Source of the DNA: a virus
Lineage: Duplodnaviria > Caudoviricetes
Virus record (IMG/VR): IMGVR_UViG_3300011862_000001
Span: 96,001 to 160,000 of that record
Length of the DNA: 64,000 nucleotides
Reading direction: 5' to 3' (one strand)
Under the pieces are notes generated by a model. The model did not search any database. It had not been told where the DNA came from and saw only the letters and a program-made list of their open reading frames with translations. Made by a program: the position numbers and the translations under genes. The first letter of the stretch is position 1, and each line of letters begins with the position of its first letter. Below are positions 28,937-37,901 of this stretch, one piece after another.

Positions 28937-29470
28937 ATGCGAATTCGTTTTAGCCCACCGTGGGAAGTTCAACCTAACATAGATAAAGCAGCGAGCGTTA
29001 AAAAGTTAGAAATGCTGCAAGCTGAATTCTTTAACTGGTTATATGACTGCACTCCCGTACGGTTTAGCTCTATCATCCTGCCTGATTGCTCGCGTGAAGC
29101 CATTTACAAAGCGTTTATGGCCCCACCTGTGCTTCCAGGTCAATACTATGACCAAGTGTTGAACTTGGTTAAGAATGGTACGGACGAATCCCTTACTGAT
29201 TTATATGGGGAAGCGTTCACCGGTCGATTACGCTGGGTGTTCACCCAACGTGGCGACGTGACTGTAGCGTCGCTCGCTGAAGCGAAGGCGGATAAACCCG
29301 GTTTTACTTTGGACGAACAACACGCTGCGAAAAAGATGTTCTGCGCAGAACTTTTTAAATATGTGCGTACCAAGACCCGCGTCGTGGATGATTCATTCAG
29401 TACCTCAACGCAGTTTGCTGCTCATGAAGTGCTGACGCAACTCTACGCATGTCATTTACAAACAAGGTAA
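28937..29470 (+). CDS. Phage protein preceding capsid gene (gp74-like)
   Basis: Start MRIRF after GGAG; synteny. Confidence 0.65.
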   Translation: MRIRFSPPWEVQPNIDKAASVKKLEMLQAEFFNWLYDCTPVRFSSIILPDCSREAIYKAFMAPPVLPGQYYDQVLNLVKNGTDESLTDLYGEAFTGRLRWVFTQRGDVTVASLAEAKADKPGFTLDEQHAAKKMFCAELFKYVRTKTRVVDDSFSTSTQFAAHEVLTQLYACHLQTR

Positions 29471-29477
29471 TTTGAAG

Positions 29478-31760
29478 ATGAAAGAAACTCGTATCTCCAA
29501 TATGGAGAAGCTGATTGAGCAGGGTAGCCAACTCGTTGCCAATGCGTCAGTACAGCAATCCACTAAAGACCTGTGGTCTACTCTCGTCGCACGCGAATCT
29601 ATCCGCACTGACGTACGTAACTTCGATCAGGTAGCGACCTCAGCTGACCAGGCATACGCTAACGTATTCCCGGGCCGCACGATGTCTCACGCTGCCCGTA
29701 CTGCTTCTGCCATCATCCTGGCGGCGCAGGGTAACGAAGATGAGTTCTTAGCTAAACCGGCGCGCGAATCCTCTGCTAAAGAGTGGGCGGGCGCAATGGA
29801 AACGGCTATCCCTGGCGCACACGCGCTGAACGCTGACTACGGTAAAACGCCGCTGGTTGCGACTGAGTATTACACCAACAAAGACCTGGACAAAAACCTG
29901 GGCCTGACTTGGACGCTGAACGTACGTGCACTGGAAACCCAGTCTGCGTTCGCAGAAAAACTGTTCCCGACTATCACCGTTGAAACGAACGACGTTGGTA
30001 TCACTGTGCGTACCAAAATCACCACCGTTACTCGTGGTATTCTGAACGCGCTGCTGAGCAAAGATAGCGTGCTGGACGATCGTAAACCGCTGCACAACGC
30101 GTTGACCGACCACACCGTACTGCAAGACGACGCTATCCGCATCGTGCCGTACGTAATGGAAACTGGTGAGAACAGCGAGTTCTTCATCAGCGAAAGCGTT
30201 ATCGAGAACGAAACCGTGCGTCTGGGCCGTGTGCCGTCTTACCCGACCAACTATCTGGATATTAAGAAAGAGAAAGGCAACCTGTTCCGTCTTTCTGCGC
30301 ATCCTGGTATCGTGGCTGAAGGTTACGACGAAACTGACGAAATCGCACCGGGTGCTGCGCTGGGTGGTCTGCTGATCTCCGTACGCAAACCGGGCGATGC
30401 CGTTGAAGACGGTTCCATGATCAAGCTGGCAACTCGCGACATGCAGTTTGCTACCTTCCAGCGTCCTCCAGAAGGTGAAGGTCGTGAGCTGGTACTGCAA
30501 TTCCGTCGTACCCAGTTTGCACTGAACGGCAAGTCCCTGGACTGGAAAGGTAAAGACATTCCGGCTCTGGCTGCACTTCAGCAGAACAAATACACCCTGC
30601 GTTACGTGATCAGTATCTCCATGAGCCTGTTCACTAACGGCCAGCGTTCTGGCCAGTACGACATCTCCGGCGCTCGCCTGGATGTTGAAGCACTGGTTGA
30701 TGCTGCGGGTAACGAAGTGTCAATGGAAAGCGGCGTGGGTAAAACCATCCGTGACAACCTGAAACTGGAACTCCTGGGCTGGAAATTCGACGGTACTCGT
30801 ACCAACGAAAACCGGAGAAGCCAGGGTCTTCTGCTTGACCCAGTTTGGGAGCAGGAGAACTACAAACTCCAGTACGGTTCACCGATGATGACCAAACAGC
30901 CTGTTGGTCAGGAATACGATGACGCTGAGCGTCTGGATGACCTGGTTTCTGCGGTTAACATCCGTAACGAAATGCTGGCCATCACTCAGACTCTGAGCTA
31001 CACCGATGCGGTGAAACAAGCGGTTGACACCCTGGTTACTCAGTGGGATAAATCTGCAATCCGTGGTCTGGGCCGTCACTGGGTGCGTCCGTGGTTCGAA
31101 GAAGCTGATTTCAACGTTGATGAAATCGTTCAGTCTCTGGAAACCAAAGATGCGCTGATTAACGCCCGTCAGGCGCTGCTGCAACGTATCGCTGACCAGG
31201 TAACTCGTGCAATCCAGGACAGCCGCTACATGCCGGCTCTGCGTCTGCTGACCTCCAACCCGCAAGCGACTCCGAAAGTCATCATCGCGACCGATGAACC
31301 GACTGCCGCAATGTTGCTGCTTCAGGTTGGCGAAACTCGTCTGCTGGGCGACCGCTACGAATACGAAGTGGTTACCACCAACGATGACCGCTGGCGTATC
31401 AAGAACGAGGCCGATGGTTCCTGGACTCGTCGTCTGCAATGGGTGCTGAAAGTTGAAGGCACTGATGAAGGTTCTTACTGTGTTCTGAACTGGGGTAACC
31501 ACTTCTGGTCTCCGATCATGGTAACCAACATCAACATCCAGCGTAACGGCGCGACCTCTAAAGAACTGGCTGTGCAGCCGCGCAACGCGCATATCTGCCA
31601 CTGCCCGGTTACTGGCCTGTTCTGGGTTAAAGGTATCACCGATCTGGTTGCTAAGAAACTGGCTTACAACATCACTGGTCTGGCTAATGGTCAGGCAACC
31701 ACTCCTGGCGGCAACGCTGGTGACGTAGGTGGTGCTGCTCCGGCTCCGGCTGGTCAGTAA
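29478..31760 (+). CDS. Major capsid protein
   Basis: 760 aa, extreme codon bias, propeptide with ARE/ARE/ATE-130 sites, FAEKLFPTI motif, strong terminator, synteny. Confidence 0.9.
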   Translation: MKETRISNMEKLIEQGSQLVANASVQQSTKDLWSTLVARESIRTDVRNFDQVATSADQAYANVFPGRTMSHAARTASAIILAAQGNEDEFLAKPARESSAKEWAGAMETAIPGAHALNADYGKTPLVATEYYTNKDLDKNLGLTWTLNVRALETQSAFAEKLFPTITVETNDVGITVRTKITTVTRGILNALLSKDSVLDDRKPLHNALTDHTVLQDDAIRIVPYVMETGENSEFFISESVIENETVRLGRVPSYPTNYLDIKKEKGNLFRLSAHPGIVAEGYDETDEIAPGAALGGLLISVRKPGDAVEDGSMIKLATRDMQFATFQRPPEGEGRELVLQFRRTQFALNGKSLDWKGKDIPALAALQQNKYTLRYVISISMSLFTNGQRSGQYDISGARLDVEALVDAAGNEVSMESGVGKTIRDNLKLELLGWKFDGTRTNENRRSQGLLLDPVWEQENYKLQYGSPMMTKQPVGQEYDDAERLDDLVSAVNIRNEMLAITQTLSYTDAVKQAVDTLVTQWDKSAIRGLGRHWVRPWFEEADFNVDEIVQSLETKDALINARQALLQRIADQVTRAIQDSRYMPALRLLTSNPQATPKVIIATDEPTAAMLLLQVGETRLLGDRYEYEVVTTNDDRWRIKNEADGSWTRRLQWVLKVEGTDEGSYCVLNWGNHFWSPIMVTNINIQRNGATSKELAVQPRNAHICHCPVTGLFWVKGITDLVAKKLAYNITGLANGQATTPGGNAGDVGGAAPAPAGQ

Positions 31761-31792
31761 ACTGTCTTCTCTTTGAGAACATAGTTGGACTG

Positions 31793-31833
31793 CCCTACTC
31801 CCTTCGGGGAGTAGGGTTTTTCTTTTTTTTTTT
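31793..31833 (+). terminator. Intrinsic terminator
   Basis: CCCTACTCCC-TTCG-GGGAGTAGGG plus long T-tract. Confidence 0.9.
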
Positions 31834-31844
31834 CAAAAATCTTT

Positions 31845-31867
31845 GAGATAGATATTATTTTAGTGAA
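31845..31867 (+). promoter_or_regulatory. Putative early promoter
   Basis: GAGATAGATATTATTTTAGTGAA. Confidence 0.7.
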
Positions 31868-31899
31868 TGTCCCCGTTTAAGACACTAAGGAGAATAAAA

Positions 31900-32598
31900 A
31901 TGCAATACATTTTAGAGCAGAGCAAAATCAAAGCGAGCCTCTTTACTACCCGTGGCTTTTTAATTGAAGCACGCGACATGTCCCCTACCCGTGGTGCAGC
32001 AGCGGCTGCGTTAAAGAATCACGAACTGTATTTAAGTATCGATGCCATCGAATCCGTTCTTCGCTGGGTGTCGTTGTGGGAAGAATCCTTAAAGGATAAC
32101 ACCCAGGACTTTCCAGGCGCGGTATTACACATCAACGGCCTGGACTTTGTGTTGTGCGATCCCAGTGCCTACCAGTGTCCTGATGTCGAGACGATGGCTA
32201 CAACGAGCCGCACGGAATTCCAAGCGGTGCTGGAACGGGTACGCGAAAATGTCGACCCGGGTGGTATAGGCATGGCGTGGTCCCAACACGGCCTGTCGCC
32301 CTATCATCACTATACTGAATCCTGCAACAAACCGGGTTTGTTACTGACCATGCACAAAAAGCACTGTCAGCCGGTATACAATTTACACCGCAACGGGTTT
32401 GATGCGGTTAAGCCGGTGTATGCCACCAGTGACCTTACGTTGGTGCGCATAGTTGAGGCATTGTTTGCGATTGCTGATACCAACACCTATCCGCAAGACG
32501 GGTATAAACTGGCACTGACTCACCTTTTTGGTAACACCGAATTAGCCGCGCTGACCCGTGATCAAGTTCGCGACATCGCAGAGCGCCTGGTACCGTGA
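31900..32598 (+). CDS. Hypothetical protein
   Basis: Start MQYIL after TAAGGAG. Confidence 0.75.
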   Translation: MQYILEQSKIKASLFTTRGFLIEARDMSPTRGAAAAALKNHELYLSIDAIESVLRWVSLWEESLKDNTQDFPGAVLHINGLDFVLCDPSAYQCPDVETMATTSRTEFQAVLERVRENVDPGGIGMAWSQHGLSPYHHYTESCNKPGLLLTMHKKHCQPVYNLHRNGFDAVKPVYATSDLTLVRIVEALFAIADTNTYPQDGYKLALTHLFGNTELAALTRDQVRDIAERLVP

Positions 32599-32649
32599 TG
32601 TTTTTTTACGTGGACGACAAGTGATATGTGCTTGCACTCCACGTAAAAT

Positions 32650-32672
32650 GAGATAGATATTATCGATGTGAA
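32650..32672 (+). promoter_or_regulatory. Putative early promoter upstream of the nvRNAP-subunit operon
   Basis: GAGATAGATATTATCGATGTGAA. Confidence 0.7.
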
Positions 32673-32704
32673 TTGATTGTTGGTTTTCTAATTGGGTATT
32701 TTCG

Positions 32705-33802
32705 ATGAATCATCACAAACTGGACACGAAACCGGTAGTTGTCCCTCGACCCGTGCAGCACGGTGTCTTGACTAAAACGATGAGTTACGAAAACAATACT
32801 GGGATTCCTTTATACGTTACTGAAAGCAATGGCAAGTCGTTTATCCTCGAGCCTAAAAAGCATCGTGTGATATCGCCTACCGCCATCTCTGTCTACGTGA
32901 CGTATAAGGCACCCGCAGGCACAGCTAATCTGACACCGTTAGCTGAAGCGTTCTCTGATGTGGTTTTCCGCAGCATGTGTAACGAGATTCGCCAGTGTGG
33001 GGAAGCCACCTTGATGTACGTGGTGGAAGATCCGGTGCCAATTTTACGTGGGGATGCAGTTATATTGACGGAACTGGGTTTGGCGTTCTCTAATCGTCCG
33101 ATTGAGATTAACCGAGCCCCGTTAGTTAAATCACACGGTGAACGTGCGACGATGACCCTTGGGGTAGTTGTTGTACAAAGCCGTGACGATCCACGCATGT
33201 TGAGTTGGGTACGTTACTACACCAGTATGGTGGAGGTAACACCGATACGTTCGAAGTTTTACGACGCGGGCGTGTATATGGTCATGATGACAGGGGAGAC
33301 GGTAGAAGGGGGACGCTTGCTGCGTTTTGAGTTTGATGACCCACTCTCACCGTTTCGCGTATTCGAGTCCGAAGAAGATGCTCGAGAGTTTCGCTGGATG
33401 TCTGACGCTGTGCCAGAACTCCGTACGCTGAAAGAGCAGCTGGAAAATAAGATTCGCCAAGCCGAAGAGTTAATTACCGATCGCAAAGCGAATCAGGAAT
33501 ACGATCACCGACAGCGGATGAACGACCTGGCCTTTAATAAGGAAGAGGTATTGGCGTATTTCCGCGACATGGACTTATCCCTGAAGTACCGAGCAGATGA
33601 GCGTAAAGATACGTTCGAGGAACGTTCGTTGGCACGTAAAGACGTCTACGATGAACGCACCACCGTGCGTAAAGACAGCTCAGAAGTTCGGAAAGACCAA
33701 TACGATTCTCGCTCAATATTGCGTAAGGATGGGTCAGACTTTATGAAATCAATTCCTACGTATTTGGCAGCAGGTATGACATTGCTGGCGATGATGAAAT
33801 AA
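32705..33802 (+). CDS. Protein with coiled coil, RKD repeats and hydrophobic tail
   Basis: 365 aa; five RKD units near the C-terminus. Confidence 0.7.
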   Translation: MNHHKLDTKPVVVPRPVQHGVLTKTMSYENNTGIPLYVTESNGKSFILEPKKHRVISPTAISVYVTYKAPAGTANLTPLAEAFSDVVFRSMCNEIRQCGEATLMYVVEDPVPILRGDAVILTELGLAFSNRPIEINRAPLVKSHGERATMTLGVVVVQSRDDPRMLSWVRYYTSMVEVTPIRSKFYDAGVYMVMMTGETVEGGRLLRFEFDDPLSPFRVFESEEDAREFRWMSDAVPELRTLKEQLENKIRQAEELITDRKANQEYDHRQRMNDLAFNKEEVLAYFRDMDLSLKYRADERKDTFEERSLARKDVYDERTTVRKDSSEVRKDQYDSRSILRKDGSDFMKSIPTYLAAGMTLLAMMK

Positions 33803-33814
33803 TGGAGGGTCAAT

Positions 33815-35584
33815 GTGTTTGCAGATTCGATAAGACGGTTAAAACAGGAAGGCAAGATCGTACCTTTTAACCGTGCCGTGGCAGAAGGTATCGGATATAC
33901 ACAAGCAAAAGATGGAATACACGAGCGCGTCTACAGCATCCTACGTCGTGAATTGACGTATGATCCGGAAACGAACCCGCGTCTGCCAATCGGTTTGGCG
34001 GTACAACAGTTCCGCTTTATGTCGCCGTTTGAAACCTTTGTGTTTAAAGTGGCCAAAGCGGATACGCGCCAAGCCCGAGGTCGTGCCCCGATTTCTATTG
34101 CCCGCACCGATCAGTACATGATCATGGCGAACTTTAAAATCCCGGGCGAGAACCGTCTGACTCCACGACCCATCTACCTGCCGTTTATTCGCCGTGGCGG
34201 ATTAATGTACAGTTGGGGTACGTTGTACCATGTGGCACCGGTGATTCACCAACCGGGCATCTGCCGTGAGCATGGCGGTATCTTCATCAACTTTGACTTC
34301 ACCCGTAAGGTCTCGCTGAAGTTCTGTAAGAACCCCGCGAAGATTCTGGTTAACGGGAAGAAGGAGGAAATCTATCTGCCGGGTACGTCCAATTTATACG
34401 TACCAAAAACCACCCAGGGCAACGATTCCGATGAGAAGCCACTGATGTATTGGCTCTTTGGTAAATACGGCTTCAGTGAGGCTGTGAAGCGTTGTACGGG
34501 TGCTGATGTGCGCATCATCCCCGCTTACCGTATCCACGAACTGGATTTGGAAAAGGAGGTAGTGATTTCATCCGGTGAACCGCAACTGGCGAAGACCATC
34601 CAGTACGCGTTAGTCACCGACCGTCGTAACTTCCCGAACCTGGACAAGTCACGTTGGGACCAAGATGAACACATGTTGTTAGTGGTGTGTGCGGCGTTCT
34701 ATAAAGCAGCGCATTACTACGCCAGTAAACAATCGGCCCGTTCGCCACAGCGTACCACCCTGACGCCACTGTTTACTCGCATCAACGAATTTGATGAGCA
34801 GGAGGATTTGAATAACCTGGACAGTCCTGAAATCTGGAAAGAGATCTTAGGGCGCAGTATTCAGGGCACCAAACCATCTGAAGTCGATTTACTGCGCAGC
34901 ATGAACAGCCACTTTATGGAATGTGAACGCTACGTGAACAATACGTTCCGTGCCGAGCTGATGGTCAGCGATCCGAACATCGATCCTGACATGGACATGT
35001 TTGGCTTCCTGTACTACACCACCCGCTTAATGGTACGTACCCGCTTAACCAAGCAGGATGATATCCCATCCATGTACGGCAAGCGTCTGACGGTGGTGGA
35101 TTACTTGCTACTCGGTCAGAATGGCTTTACCAGCACCATCTCCAACATCCGTTGGCGATTAAGTCAGCTGGAAAACCGCAGTGCGGAGAGTTGCCACGAT
35201 ACCATTCGTGATGAGCTGAATAAGAAGATAGTGCCTAACTTGGTGTGCCGCGGTATCACCAGTAACGGAGCGATCAACTTCTTCAATGCCTCAACCGAAT
35301 CCATGGTACTGGCGGTATCGACCCATGCGATTGGCCAAACTGAAACCGACAGTAAACGGGGCAAGAAAGGGAAGACCGTTAACCTTAACGATCGTACCAA
35401 ACACGCTTCTGCGTCGCATCTGGAACTCGGTAACGTGTACTACATTCCGAAGTCCGCGCCGTTTAAGTCAAACATCCTCAATCCATACATGATGACCAAC
35501 CGTAACCTGGTCATGCTACGTAACCCGGCGCTCGATAAATACATTCGTGAAGCCGAAGCCGACATTGCACTTATCGGCCGTTAA
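33815..35584 (+). CDS. Non-virion RNA polymerase beta subunit, N-terminal fragment (phiKZ gp123-like)
   Basis: IYLPFIRRGG..., YGKRL, H.SHL..G segments resembling beta regions; synteny downstream of the capsid gene. Confidence 0.7.
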   Translation: MFADSIRRLKQEGKIVPFNRAVAEGIGYTQAKDGIHERVYSILRRELTYDPETNPRLPIGLAVQQFRFMSPFETFVFKVAKADTRQARGRAPISIARTDQYMIMANFKIPGENRLTPRPIYLPFIRRGGLMYSWGTLYHVAPVIHQPGICREHGGIFINFDFTRKVSLKFCKNPAKILVNGKKEEIYLPGTSNLYVPKTTQGNDSDEKPLMYWLFGKYGFSEAVKRCTGADVRIIPAYRIHELDLEKEVVISSGEPQLAKTIQYALVTDRRNFPNLDKSRWDQDEHMLLVVCAAFYKAAHYYASKQSARSPQRTTLTPLFTRINEFDEQEDLNNLDSPEIWKEILGRSIQGTKPSEVDLLRSMNSHFMECERYVNNTFRAELMVSDPNIDPDMDMFGFLYYTTRLMVRTRLTKQDDIPSMYGKRLTVVDYLLLGQNGFTSTISNIRWRLSQLENRSAESCHDTIRDELNKKIVPNLVCRGITSNGAINFFNASTESMVLAVSTHAIGQTETDSKRGKKGKTVNLNDRTKHASASHLELGNVYYIPKSAPFKSNILNPYMMTNRNLVMLRNPALDKYIREAEADIALIGR

Positions 35585-35613
35585 AGAATATTAAAAAATC
35601 TAAGGAGTATCAA

Positions 35614-37191
35614 ATGCCACAAATTAAACCCGAGTTAGTTGTTAGTCTGTGTGAAGCCCGTCTCGCTACTGATCGCACATTAGCCATCATTAACGAGCAA
35701 GTGGCCAAGCTCAGACTCAGCTTAACGGATGCGTTGGACCTGGCAGTACGTTTTGGTAACGTAATGCAGCAGCGCAACACCGACGAAGAAACGCTGACCA
35801 ACGGTATCGTTGCCGCCTTTAAAGCCGGTGCGTACCGTATGTTGACCAATAGCGGCGTGGCGTTTACGAACGATAAAGAACTCCACGACCGTTTAACCAA
35901 CCTGTTTACCAGTGTGGTTACCGCCATCAAAACTGCGAGCACCGTGCAGGAAACTGCATCATTAACCGGTGGTCTGCGTTTAGGCGGATTGGGTGGTCAG
36001 GGTATCATTGCCGGTGGTTCGCTGTCTGTCGAGCCGTCTAGCAAGACGTCTGTCGATTACGACGTGGGGTTAGGTGGCGGGGTGCTTCACAGTGGTGGTT
36101 TAGCTGTCGATACCGGTGGCCTGCGGGTGGAAACGTCTCCTTTAGCGTCTATGCCCGCAGCCCCACTGATTCCTGACCCGGAACCGACTCCTGTTGCTGT
36201 GCCACAAGTAAGCTATAATCAACCGGTATACAATCCATTCGAGGAACCTAACTTGGAAACCTATGCAGAGCATGAGCTGGCTGCACCGAAACGTCGAGTT
36301 TCTTTGCCGGCAAAAGAAGCCAACGATCGCGTCACCCAGTATGCCGAGCAGAACGATTGGACGTCACCACTGGAAGATTTGGTATTGGGTTCCACCAGTA
36401 CCGTCTACTATAAAGGTGCCGACATCGCTGTACGCACGAGTCAGGTCGATCGTAAGTACCTGGTGGCGGTTAACGACGAAAGTAAAGCCCGCTTTGAGAA
36501 GTTTGCAGCGGGACACAAAGAAGCGATTGATCACCTGCTGAAATTGCCGAGCCTGAACTTCGACGAGCAAAAGCTGATTTCCACTGTGACCGGCATTATT
36601 GATGTCATGCGTCGTGATGTGGTACAGCTGTATCTCGAATCGGTCTCCGAGAACGAAGAAGTCACCGAAACCGTGGTAGCTGAAGCGGTGCGTTTTGTCA
36701 ATGCGTATCTGTCCGTACTGACCACCCACGTACACAACGGTCTGGTGCTTGCTACCAACCGTGGTACCGAAGTTGCCGGGATTAAAGGCCGTGTTGAACT
36801 CGAGCGCAAAATTGATGACCTGGTGTTCTTTGCAGACGATCTGAACAAACGTCTTATGGGTGATAACGGCTTTAGTACCGAGCCGGATTTCTTCCACGAC
36901 CTGTTCTTGACTGTCGCCATGGCACTGTCCACCTTTAACGTTTCGTTTGATGGCTCCACCATCGCCATTAGCATGAAGAATGCCGACATCCTGATTCCGG
37001 GTAGCTATCCGGCACTGGAACGTAACAATCTGATTGGCCGTCACAGCTTAGGCGCAACGGCAGATGCGCTGACGGATATGTTTGAATACCTGCGTGCCCA
37101 AGCACCAGATACCAACGTATTCCTGGTGGCACCACAGGGGCGTTATCTGTTGCTGAGCAACGGTGAGCCAACTGCGGGTATCCGCTACTAA
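35614..37191 (+). CDS. Hypothetical protein with Gly/Pro-rich linker
   Basis: TAAGGAG SD; 525 aa. Confidence 0.75.
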   Translation: MPQIKPELVVSLCEARLATDRTLAIINEQVAKLRLSLTDALDLAVRFGNVMQQRNTDEETLTNGIVAAFKAGAYRMLTNSGVAFTNDKELHDRLTNLFTSVVTAIKTASTVQETASLTGGLRLGGLGGQGIIAGGSLSVEPSSKTSVDYDVGLGGGVLHSGGLAVDTGGLRVETSPLASMPAAPLIPDPEPTPVAVPQVSYNQPVYNPFEEPNLETYAEHELAAPKRRVSLPAKEANDRVTQYAEQNDWTSPLEDLVLGSTSTVYYKGADIAVRTSQVDRKYLVAVNDESKARFEKFAAGHKEAIDHLLKLPSLNFDEQKLISTVTGIIDVMRRDVVQLYLESVSENEEVTETVVAEAVRFVNAYLSVLTTHVHNGLVLATNRGTEVAGIKGRVELERKIDDLVFFADDLNKRLMGDNGFSTEPDFFHDLFLTVAMALSTFNVSFDGSTIAISMKNADILIPGSYPALERNNLIGRHSLGATADALTDMFEYLRAQAPDTNVFLVAPQGRYLLLSNGEPTAGIRY

Positions 37192-37196
37192 CAGAC

Positions 37197-37230
37197 AGGG
37201 AACCTTCGGGTTCCCTTTCTTTTTGTTTTT
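37197..37230 (+). terminator. Intrinsic terminator
   Basis: AGGGAACC-TTCG-GGTTCCCT plus T-tract. Confidence 0.85.
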
Positions 37231-37242
37231 AAGGAGCAGGAC

Positions 37243-37509
37243 ATGTTGACGATTGATATTCTGGATCACACTGGAAAGAAATTATTTGATGTGGATGTCA
37301 ATGTCCACGGGGATAAGGTAAAACGATTCGCTGAACAGTGCGATCGCTTCAGTACCTTCAAGGTAGGGCGTAAGACGTGTGTGCGTTACAGCACCGTGAA
37401 AAAGGAACTGGATGCGCTATTAGATGAGCAGTACAGTCGCCATCTCCTCGCGAAACTCCAGAGCCTTGACCCACACTTCACGCTCATTACCCACGATTAT
37501 TATAGATAG
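37243..37509 (+). CDS. Hypothetical protein
   Basis: TAAGGAG SD. Confidence 0.7.
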   Translation: MLTIDILDHTGKKLFDVDVNVHGDKVKRFAEQCDRFSTFKVGRKTCVRYSTVKKELDALLDEQYSRHLLAKLQSLDPHFTLITHDYYR

Positions 37510-37539
37510 TCTGTGAACGCTGCGTAATGAGGTACGTGT

Positions 37540-37842
37540 ATGGTGAGGTTGTGTGTAATAGAAATGAACCAGTGGCGTGATGTGCTGCTACGGTTCGAAC
37601 TCCCGGAGAACGACGCCACTGCCGCCTTCCTGGAACGTTTTCAACAAGTGAAGTCTTCGTTATATAGCGGTCGTCGTTTCCACGTCTATTACAACGTACG
37701 TCGTGCATTGTTACCGGCGGTGGAAGCAGCACAGTTACCTGAGCTACTAGCGTTGTTGGCGAAGTATGAAAATGATCCGTTGGCCATTGGTATCATGAAG
37801 GAAGAAAAAGAGCTGATTGGCAAAGCCGCATCAAGCGAATAA
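37540..37842 (+). CDS. Hypothetical protein
   Basis: GAGGT SD. Confidence 0.65.
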   Translation: MVRLCVIEMNQWRDVLLRFELPENDATAAFLERFQQVKSSLYSGRRFHVYYNVRRALLPAVEAAQLPELLALLAKYENDPLAIGIMKEEKELIGKAASSE

Positions 37843-37897
37843 AAAAAGTATACCTCTACCCAATGGGTAGAGGTACGCTTAACTTATTTTTTTTTTG
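37842..37897. terminator. Bidirectional terminator
   Basis: TACCTCTACCC-AAT-GGGTAGAGGTA with A/T tracts. Confidence 0.85.
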
Positions 37898-37901
37898 TTA
37901 T

